This document shows positions 57,066 to 64,000 of a DNA stretch of 64,000 bases, one piece after another. This DNA comes from Turneriella sp. GTDB lineage: Bacteria; Spirochaetota; Leptospiria; Turneriellales; Turneriellaceae. The stretch covers positions 4,672,001 through 4,736,000 of the forward strand of contig CBDIID010000003.1 of assembly GCA_965279515.1 (NCBI GenBank). The letters are read 5' to 3'. Within the stretch, counting starts at the first letter, position 1, and each line of letters opens with the position of its first letter. Position numbers and translations under genes: made by a program. Below the pieces are notes generated by a model. The model worked only from the letters and a program-made list of their open reading frames with translations. It was not told where the DNA came from and ran no database searches.

Positions 57066-57082
57066 GTGATAATGATTCTCAC
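57066..57082. promoter_or_regulatory. Fur-family box upstream of the exbB-exbD-tonB operon
   Basis: GTGATAATGATTCTCAC, 7-1-7 near-palindrome; TTGACA at 57005. Confidence 0.75.
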
Positions 57083-57121
57083 AATGACTCGGGTTTCGAT
57101 TCTGGCCGTGGCGGCAAACAG

Positions 57122-57790
57122 ATGAACGAACTCTTCAAAAAAAGTGCTCTCTTAGGCGATGTCTGGGTACTCTGGATTCTCCTTTTTGCCAGCATACTTT
57201 CCGTGGCAGTCATGATCGATCGCTGGCGCATTTTCCGCATGAACCGGCTGGATTTCCCCGCGTTTCTGGAAAAGCTGCGCAATTTTCTTGAAGCCGATAA
57301 CACCCCGGGTGCCCTCAAACTCTGCGCAGAGCATGACGTACTCGAGTCGCGGGTGGCGCTCACAGGGCTTAAAAACTTTCACCGCGGCGCTGCCTCTGTC
57401 GAAGAGGCGATGAAATCGGGCCTGGTGCTCGAGCGCAGCAATTTTGAAAAAAATCTGATTATACTTTCTACCATGGGCAACAATGCGCCCTTCATCGGCC
57501 TCTTGGGTACAGTACTCGGCGTTATCAAAGCTTTCCACGATCTGGGTGTTGCCGGCAGTTCGGGAGTTTCCGTCGTCATGTCGGGTATCTCCGCCGCGCT
57601 CATCGCCACGGCATTCGGTATTCTGCTGGCGATACCGGCGGTTATCGCGAACAACTTTTTTCAAACCCGCCTGAAACGCTCTGTCGTGAATACCCAGAGC
57701 CTTATCCACCTGATGCAGGTTTACCTGCGCTCAGAGGGCAAGCCTGCGCATGGAAAACATACTCCCAGGCATGAGAAGGTTAGTGCATGA
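57122..57790 (+). CDS. exbB: ExbB/TolQ proton channel
   Basis: APFIGLLGTVLGVIKAF, ISAALIATAFG. Confidence 0.92.
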   Translation: MNELFKKSALLGDVWVLWILLFASILSVAVMIDRWRIFRMNRLDFPAFLEKLRNFLEADNTPGALKLCAEHDVLESRVALTGLKNFHRGAASVEEAMKSGLVLERSNFEKNLIILSTMGNNAPFIGLLGTVLGVIKAFHDLGVAGSSGVSVVMSGISAALIATAFGILLAIPAVIANNFFQTRLKRSVVNTQSLIHLMQVYLRSEGKPAHGKHTPRHEKVSA

Positions 57791-58185
57791 ACGTTGATAC
57801 CGAAGAAGATGGCGTTGTCACCGGCATCAATGTCACGCCGCTCGTTGATATTACGCTGGTTTTGCTTATTATCTTTATGGTCACTGCCCACTTCGTAAAC
57901 GATATCGGCGTTAAGGTGCAGTTGCCCAAAGCAGCTGCGGCCGAGAACACACCGACACCCGCGCTTACCGTCACTGTCGCCAAAAACGGCGATATCATGC
58001 TGATGTCACAGAAGGTGGATCTCAACGGCCTCAAGGCTAACATGGCGCGTGAGGCGGCCCTTAACCCCGGTGTGCGCGTCGTTGTCGCCGCCGACGAAGC
58101 CCTCATCTATAAAAATGTCATCAAGGTTCTCGACGTGATCAAAGGAGCAGGCGTAACGCGCGTTGCGCTGTCATCGGAGAAGTAA
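57787..58185 (+). CDS. exbD: ExbD
   Basis: INVTPLVDITLVLLIIFMV. Confidence 0.93.
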   Translation: MNVDTEEDGVVTGINVTPLVDITLVLLIIFMVTAHFVNDIGVKVQLPKAAAAENTPTPALTVTVAKNGDIMLMSQKVDLNGLKANMAREAALNPGVRVVVAADEALIYKNVIKVLDVIKGAGVTRVALSSEK

Positions 58186-58800
58186 ATGTTAACAAGCATC
58201 TACAGCAAAATTGCATCGACGGCACTCTTGAGTTCCATGGCACTCCATGCAACGGCCGGCGGGTCATTCTATCTTTGGGTGGTGATGAGCCGCCACGGTA
58301 ATGTTCAGGAAATCGAACTGACTTCCGCGCCGCTCGTGCCGCGCAGTGCGAACCAGCAAAATGCAGAATCCAAAGACGACGACTGGTTTCTTGTGCAGAA
58401 GCACCGCAAGCTGGCGAAGGTACCCGACCAGAAGAAAGAGGTGCCGAAAGAGGCCAATACCTGCAAAGGTAAATGCGCCGAAGGCAGCGCGGGTCTCGGC
58501 GATTTTGTACCTGCCAGCGATGCACACCGCAAGCCCAAATGGGTGGGTAATTTTATCACTCCGAACGATTATCCGCTGCTGGCAAAACAGCAGGGCAAAG
58601 ACGGCCGCGTGGTGCTCAGCGTCATCATCGATAATGAGGGCAGGGTGCGCGACGCGCAGCTGCTCGAGGGCAGTTACGAAGCGTTAAACGAAGTTGCGCT
58701 CGCCAAGGTACGCGAAGCGGTCTTTTCACCGGCATACGACAAGGACGGCAATGCCGTTGCCTGCAAGGTCAGATTACCCATCCGTTTTGAGTTGAAGTAG
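58186..58800 (+). CDS. tonB: TonB energy transducer
   Basis: TM with S-x3-H (SMALH); YP..A...G..GRV.L...ID..G C-terminal domain. Confidence 0.9.
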   Translation: MLTSIYSKIASTALLSSMALHATAGGSFYLWVVMSRHGNVQEIELTSAPLVPRSANQQNAESKDDDWFLVQKHRKLAKVPDQKKEVPKEANTCKGKCAEGSAGLGDFVPASDAHRKPKWVGNFITPNDYPLLAKQQGKDGRVVLSVIIDNEGRVRDAQLLEGSYEALNEVALAKVREAVFSPAYDKDGNAVACKVRLPIRFELK

Positions 58801-58847
58801 GCTGAATTTTAATATTTCCCAATAACTAGTAGAAGAATCAGGAGTAA

Positions 58848-61061
58848 ATGAAAATGAGTTTCAAAATCATTAAAGGCGCGTCGCTTGTGACGCTTGTGGC
58901 GGGAGTGTTATTCGCGCAAAAGGTCAATCCCCCTGTGCCGGCAAAGCCCGCAGCGGCGGCCAAGGCGTCCGACACAACGGGGAAGCCGGCGGCTGAGGCA
59001 GCGATAAAACCTGTCACGGAAGCTCAGATGGATGAAGTCCTGGTGCAAGCGAATTCACGCGTGACCGGGTCGAAAACTGACGTGCCTGTGCACGATACTC
59101 CGGCGTCTATTATAACCGTGCCAAAAGAAATTATCGAAGACCAGATGGCTGTCGACATGAATTCGATGGTGCGCAACGTGAGTGGTGTAAACCCACAACT
59201 CGGTGGCGGTTATGGTTTTGCGGATAGCTATACGATTCGTGGTCTCAACATGCGTTTTCTCCGCGACGGTTTTGCTGACGGCGCCGCATTTAACGGTTAT
59301 ATGCGCACCATGACGGACGTTGAAAGCGTCGAAGTACTGAAAGGGCCGGGGTCTGCTCTTTATGGGCGCAACGAACCGGGCGGTGCTATCAATATCACGA
59401 CAAAGAAACCATTGGACAGGTTTGCTGCTTCGGGCGAGGTTATGGCTGGGTTTTGGAATACCTATCGGGTCGCGGCGGATGTGGGTGGCCCTCTCGTTGA
59501 TAATAAGTTGCTGACGCGTTTTAACACCGCTTACTTTAAGACAGACGGTTACCGTGGCCTGTCCCGGGAAATTATTGAAGTATTGCCGACGGTAACATGG
59601 AACTTCAATGATAAACACGCCTTAACGCTCGACTACGATTTCCGCAGAATAAAAACCACACCCGATAACTATGGTATTCTGTTTGATGCGAATAATGCGA
59701 TAGCGGCCGTTAGTCCTTCGACGACATATTACTCACCGCAGAACAACGCACTCCAAACTGTAAATAGAATCTCCGCCCTCTATGAGGGTAAATTCTCAAA
59801 CCAGTTCAAATTGCGCTCAGCGATCATCTATGATGACCGTGATATATCTTTTGTGCGGAATGCGAATGTGGCCGTCAGCGCATTGGGTGTGGTGTCCGGT
59901 CGCGACTTTCGTGTGCAACGCGACAAAGCAAATTCAGTATTGCAACAGAATGAAGTTGTCCTGAAATTTTTGACAGGTGAGCTTGCCCATACGGTTCTCG
60001 CCGGTCTCGAATTTGAATATGCACGCGTTGCGTCGGTCAGAGATAGTTATGGAAATATCACGGGTGCCGCTGCCGCAACTGCAACGAATCTGCCAAACCT
60101 GAGTTTACTGAATCCGATTCGGACAGAGAGCGATTACACTGCCTATACCAGGAATGCAGGTGGTTCCTTCGATCGACTTATCGAAACGTATACCTATAGC
60201 GCTTATGCTCAGGAGCAGGTCACGATCACCAAGCAGATCAAGGCTCGAGTTGGATTGCGCTGGGATCATGTGGATGCTCAGGATGCGGGGACGCAAGGTA
60301 CATCGGTGCGGACGATTGGCATGGGCCGAGATTTGATCAGCTGGCAGACGGGCGCCGTCTATCAACCCTGCCAACCGGTCTCCTTTTACGCTGGCTATTC
60401 CGAAGGGAAGTTTATCGCTATCAACACCGAGGCAACAGCACTGTTCGTAACTCCGGAAACTTCAAGACAGGTTGAGCTCGGCAATAAAACAACCTGGTTC
60501 AAAGATCGCCTTCAGACAAATCTCGCCCTCTTTCAGACCACACGTACCAATTACCCGATCACCGATACCAGCGGTAACGTGAATGTCTTTAACGGCAAAC
60601 GAGTTATCAATGGCGTCGAACTGGATATTTCCGGTAATCCATTTGCCGGATTCTGGATCATTTTCAACACAACATATATGGACGCGAAAATCGCCGGTGA
60701 CGAAACGGTCACCGTAAGCGGCACCCGGTACAATCTGGATGGCAAGATTCCGCAGAATATCCCTGAATATGCCGGATCACTTTGGGCGACTTACCAGATT
60801 CAAACGGGGTTCTTTAAAGGCTTCGGCTTTGGTGGTGGTCCGACCGTTAAAGCGGGTACTTATGTGGATGCGCGGAACTTACTTCGCATTCCGGGTTACA
60901 TTGTCGCCGATGCCGTATTGTTTTACAAGCGTGAAAACTGGCAGGTACAGATCAACTTCCGCAACATCACCAACGAAGTCTATTATGCAACACCCACCTT
61001 TGCCGGCGCACTGCCCAGCGAGCCGTTCAATTTTACGGTTTCCGCGAAGGCGCGGATTTAA
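58848..61061 (+). CDS. TonB-dependent (siderophore-type) receptor
   Basis: KTDVPV.DTPASI.TV plug, VEVLKGPGSALYG..EPGG.IN, beta-barrel. Confidence 0.93.
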   Translation: MKMSFKIIKGASLVTLVAGVLFAQKVNPPVPAKPAAAAKASDTTGKPAAEAAIKPVTEAQMDEVLVQANSRVTGSKTDVPVHDTPASIITVPKEIIEDQMAVDMNSMVRNVSGVNPQLGGGYGFADSYTIRGLNMRFLRDGFADGAAFNGYMRTMTDVESVEVLKGPGSALYGRNEPGGAINITTKKPLDRFAASGEVMAGFWNTYRVAADVGGPLVDNKLLTRFNTAYFKTDGYRGLSREIIEVLPTVTWNFNDKHALTLDYDFRRIKTTPDNYGILFDANNAIAAVSPSTTYYSPQNNALQTVNRISALYEGKFSNQFKLRSAIIYDDRDISFVRNANVAVSALGVVSGRDFRVQRDKANSVLQQNEVVLKFLTGELAHTVLAGLEFEYARVASVRDSYGNITGAAAATATNLPNLSLLNPIRTESDYTAYTRNAGGSFDRLIETYTYSAYAQEQVTITKQIKARVGLRWDHVDAQDAGTQGTSVRTIGMGRDLISWQTGAVYQPCQPVSFYAGYSEGKFIAINTEATALFVTPETSRQVELGNKTTWFKDRLQTNLALFQTTRTNYPITDTSGNVNVFNGKRVINGVELDISGNPFAGFWIIFNTTYMDAKIAGDETVTVSGTRYNLDGKIPQNIPEYAGSLWATYQIQTGFFKGFGFGGGPTVKAGTYVDARNLLRIPGYIVADAVLFYKRENWQVQINFRNITNEVYYATPTFAGALPSEPFNFTVSAKARI

Positions 61062-61075
61062 TCAGGAGACGACAT

Positions 61076-61747
61076 ATGAAAAAACTCATCCTTACCGGAT
61101 TCTTGGCACTGCTACCCGCCACGCTCTCAGCGCACTACATCTGGCTTGAACGTGACGGCGACGACGAGGCGCGCGTCTACTACGGCGAAATCCAGGACGG
61201 CGAGCGCGAGGTTTCGCCCGGAAAGCTCGACAAAATCAAAGGCCTGAAAATCTTCACGACCGATAAGACCAGCACGGCGAAAGAAGTGGCGCATAAGAAA
61301 AACGCAAAGCACTTTACTGCAACCGGCGTTAAGGGAAGTGAATTCGTCGTCGCCTCGGCGCTCGACGTGCCGGTCACCGACATGAAAAAATACAACTGGG
61401 GCATGGTGAAGCCGAACTACTATGCCCGTTTCGGCGCGCGCACAGCCGCTACCGCTGTGAAACCGGTCACGACGCTCGACATTGTGCCGGCTGCGGGCGG
61501 CGACAATGAAATCCAGGTCTTTTTCCAGGGTAAACCCCTGGAAGGTGAGAAGGTCATGCTCTATGCTCCGAACACCTGGATGAAAGAATATAAAACCGAT
61601 AAGAATGGCAAAATCAAGATGGATGTCCCGTGGGCAGGGCAATACGTAATCGAAGTGATCCATACCGAAAAAACGCCGGGTAAATTCGAAGGTAAAGACT
61701 ACGAGTCGGTGCGCCACCGCGCAACCTACACCTTCATTAAAAAGTGA
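61076..61747 (+). CDS. DUF4198-family periplasmic protein
   Basis: Signal then AHYIWLE; LDIVP, GKPL, TDKNG, G.YV. Confidence 0.8.
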   Translation: MKKLILTGFLALLPATLSAHYIWLERDGDDEARVYYGEIQDGEREVSPGKLDKIKGLKIFTTDKTSTAKEVAHKKNAKHFTATGVKGSEFVVASALDVPVTDMKKYNWGMVKPNYYARFGARTAATAVKPVTTLDIVPAAGGDNEIQVFFQGKPLEGEKVMLYAPNTWMKEYKTDKNGKIKMDVPWAGQYVIEVIHTEKTPGKFEGKDYESVRHRATYTFIKK

Positions 61748-61774
61748 TTTTCTCTCGAGTGTTAGGAGGGTGAG

Positions 61775-62476
61775 GTGACCGTCAATACCTGGCACCGGCG
61801 CATCGCCATTACGGCCGTTCTCTTCTTGGCGGTGACGGCGCTGACCGGAATTCTCTGGGCCTATGCGCCGCACCTCTACTTTAAAGAAGGCTACCTTCAG
61901 AAAAAGAGCGGTGCTGCGCAGAAACCCCTGACCGCCGCCAAGGTCTCCGTAGCGGACGCGCTGGCATCGGCGATCGCCGTCTTTAAAACCGAGAAGGGCA
62001 TTCTCAGCGCGACGCTGCGCGCCGAGGCCGACGATCTGTTCTACGAAGTGCAGCGCAAAGAGGGAAAAGAGTATTCTTCAGTGCTCGTCGATGCCATCTC
62101 CGGCGATGTCGTAAGCCCGCTGGGTGAAGAGGCCGCGATCAAAATCGCCGCGCAGTATGTCGTGGGAAATCCCCCTTTGAAAAAGGCCGAGGCGCTGACT
62201 GGGTATAAGCACCGCAACGGTAAAAAATTTAAGGCCGCTTATAAAGTCGCTTTCGCCGCACCGGGAAATCCCGAGATTTTTATCGATCGTAACTCGGGAC
62301 TCATTCTCGAAGAGAGCGATAATGCGCGCAGCTTTCATTTTTGGGTGATGAAATTGCACCAGCTGCAGTTTTTCGGTACCAAGAAGGAACTCACCATCAT
62401 ACCGGGGCTCGCGCTGATCTTTTTGGTGATCACTGGCACCATCATGTGGATTCGCCGCTACCGCGCTGCGGGATGA
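61775..62476 (+). CDS. PepSY-associated TM domain protein
   Basis: WHRR..TG.LW, PepSY-like soluble part, KLH, ITG..MW. Confidence 0.8.
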   Translation: MTVNTWHRRIAITAVLFLAVTALTGILWAYAPHLYFKEGYLQKKSGAAQKPLTAAKVSVADALASAIAVFKTEKGILSATLRAEADDLFYEVQRKEGKEYSSVLVDAISGDVVSPLGEEAAIKIAAQYVVGNPPLKKAEALTGYKHRNGKKFKAAYKVAFAAPGNPEIFIDRNSGLILEESDNARSFHFWVMKLHQLQFFGTKKELTIIPGLALIFLVITGTIMWIRRYRAAG

Positions 62477-62511
62477 CACAGCTGTCTATCCGCTTGACCA
62501 CCTGAGTTAGA

Positions 62512-62528
62512 TTGAGATTCAATCTCAA
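62512..62528. promoter_or_regulatory. Fur-family box over the -10 region of the porin gene promoter
   Basis: Perfect palindrome TTGAGATT-C-AATCTCAA; TTGACC at 62494. Confidence 0.7.
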
Positions 62529-62567
62529 ACTCATTTGAGGCACGATCTGGTATTTGGAGTTAGGTAT

Positions 62568-63902
62568 ATGAAGAAATTCCTCATTATAATGTTGGCAGCC
62601 GGCGCCGCGTTGGCCGCACAAGGCACCAAAAAAACAAAAGATGAAAAACCGGCTGCGGCAGAAACTTCCACCGCGAATGAACAAGACCGTAAAATCGAGA
62701 TACTCGCGCAGGAAATTGAAAAACTCAAGGCCGGGAAAGATCTCTTTCCGCAGGCCAAAGAGCAGGGGCGTTATGGTCTCGGCCCCGCCGCTTCCAAGGT
62801 CTATGAAATCAACCAGGGCGTATCGATAGGCGGCTATGGCGAGTTTCTCTACCAGCGCTTTGCGCGTACCAACCAGGCAGGTAACGACGCGAATAAGAAC
62901 GACGAGTTCGACACGCTGCGCACCGTATTTTACTTTGGTTATAAGTTTAACGATATGATCGTGTTTAACTCTGAGGTGGAGATCGAGCATGCGGGGCGTA
63001 CGGCGTCGACGTCTAGCAACACGACTGCGGGGGGCGCTTCGCACAATCACGCTGTTTATAAACCCGAGGTTTACGCCGAATTCGCCAATATCGACTTCAT
63101 GCTGCATCCCATGCTCAATATCAAAGCCGGCCTCATGTTGGTGCCGATGGGGATTTACAACGAGATGCATGAAGCGCCGACATTTCTGGCGACGACGCGT
63201 CCCCTGACAGAGCAGCGTGTGATTCCAAGCACGTGGCGCGAAAATGGCGCGGGTATTTTCGGGCAGATCTGGGATATTACCTACAAGCTCTATGCTGTGA
63301 CGAGCCTCGATGCCAAGAGCAGTGTCGACGGCTTTAACAGTCAGGGCCTGCGTGGTGGGCGCCAGAGCGGGCAGAAGGCGATTTCAAACGAGTTTTCGGG
63401 CGTCCTGCGTTTAGATTATGTCGGCATTCCGGGCACCAGCTTCGGCGCCTCCGGTTTTTGGGGAAAAAGCGGTCAGGCCGATAACGATCCGCATGAAACG
63501 ACGATTGTCGACGCCCATGCCGATGTGCGCGTTAAGGGGCTCTACCTGCGCAGCGTTATTGCGTTTTCTCAGGTCACGGGCGCTAACCGATTAGCCTCGG
63601 GCGGTGTTGGCCTTGCCGATGCCATGTACGGCGCGTACATAGAAGTCGGCTACGATATTTTCCGGTTCTTCAACATCAACCAGGAACTTTTTCCGCATAT
63701 CCGTATCGAGAAAATCGATACGCAGTATAAAGTTGCCTCGGGTAACCGGTTTGATGCCCAGTATGAACAGAACGTGCTGACTTTGGGCGTCGCCTATAAG
63801 CCGATACGCCAGATATCCGCCAAAATCGATTATTCGTTCCTGAGCAATAAGGCCGATACCGGGGTGAATCAATTGAATTTCGCGCTGGGTTATTTGTTCT
63901 AA
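62568..63902 (+). CDS. Outer-membrane porin-like beta-barrel (OprO/P-related)
   Basis: Signal and coiled coil; IGGYGE, FGYKFND.I.FNSE.E.EH, NE.HE.PTF, IPSTW.ENG; terminal GYLF. Confidence 0.8.
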   Translation: MKKFLIIMLAAGAALAAQGTKKTKDEKPAAAETSTANEQDRKIEILAQEIEKLKAGKDLFPQAKEQGRYGLGPAASKVYEINQGVSIGGYGEFLYQRFARTNQAGNDANKNDEFDTLRTVFYFGYKFNDMIVFNSEVEIEHAGRTASTSSNTTAGGASHNHAVYKPEVYAEFANIDFMLHPMLNIKAGLMLVPMGIYNEMHEAPTFLATTRPLTEQRVIPSTWRENGAGIFGQIWDITYKLYAVTSLDAKSSVDGFNSQGLRGGRQSGQKAISNEFSGVLRLDYVGIPGTSFGASGFWGKSGQADNDPHETTIVDAHADVRVKGLYLRSVIAFSQVTGANRLASGGVGLADAMYGAYIEVGYDIFRFFNINQELFPHIRIEKIDTQYKVASGNRFDAQYEQNVLTLGVAYKPIRQISAKIDYSFLSNKADTGVNQLNFALGYLF

Positions 63903-63940
63903 CCGCAGCGGTCCCTCTTTCAGCTTGACGTCCTGTCAAA

Positions 63941-63959
63941 AATGAGAATGACTCTCATT
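63941..63959. promoter_or_regulatory. Fur-family box over the -10 region of a promoter for the next gene (outside the window)
   Basis: AATGAGAAT-G-ACTCTCATT; TTGACG at 63925. Confidence 0.75.
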
Positions 63960-64000
63960 CGGGTTTTGCCCGCAGGCTGTGACTGAATTGCGACGCATTT

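Noticed and set aside
1..64000. rRNA, tRNA, IS elements, prophage, defence islands
   Set aside because: Intergenic gaps are short and none showed a cloverleaf or rRNA signature; no transposase, integrase or phage motifs in the ORFs

Overview
Gene-dense bacterial chromosomal segment, GC roughly mid-50s % by eye. The Leptospira-type citramalate synthase, the long (~920 aa) spirochete-type GreA, the M23-bactofilin pair and spirochete-like lipoprotein signals point to Leptospiraceae (Turneriella-like); this is inferred from gene content, not from a database search. Contents: housekeeping genes (lpxC, birA, pgsA, purA, lspA, cimA, NAD kinase, pheA-scpB-scpA-trpS-thiS-rsmE-greA, tag, plsC), a VapBC toxin-antitoxin pair, a P450 next to a membrane 4Fe-4S protein, a ~15 kb signalling cluster (REC-HD-GYP, STAS-like, CheA/W/Aer-type MCP/B/R, two PAS kinases, two CheY-like proteins, a NarL-family regulator, an atypical HATPase), a 7-repeat beta-propeller protein, a YihQ-like GH31, and an ExbBD-TonB-TBDR-DUF4198-PepSY-porin uptake locus with three Fur-like boxes. 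Best hunt results: (1) a 16-bp 7-2-7 box with invariant GTA-N3-CTAC occurs four times, each starting exactly 38 nt before a TTGA(C/A) -35-like hexamer, suggesting that the cluster's own NarL regulator controls the chemosensory and c-di-GMP genes; (2) two tandem 56-nt units between purA and pgsA, each a TGACC-N20-GGTCA hairpin and a 19-codon mini-ORF ending GGVGR, chained into pgsA by ATGA overlaps; (3) a promoter-proximal intrinsic terminator in the greA leader; (4) several apparent pseudo-enzymes and a sulfoquinovosidase-like protein lacking the sulfonate-binding Arg. I found no rRNA, tRNA, CRISPR array, transposase or integrase.
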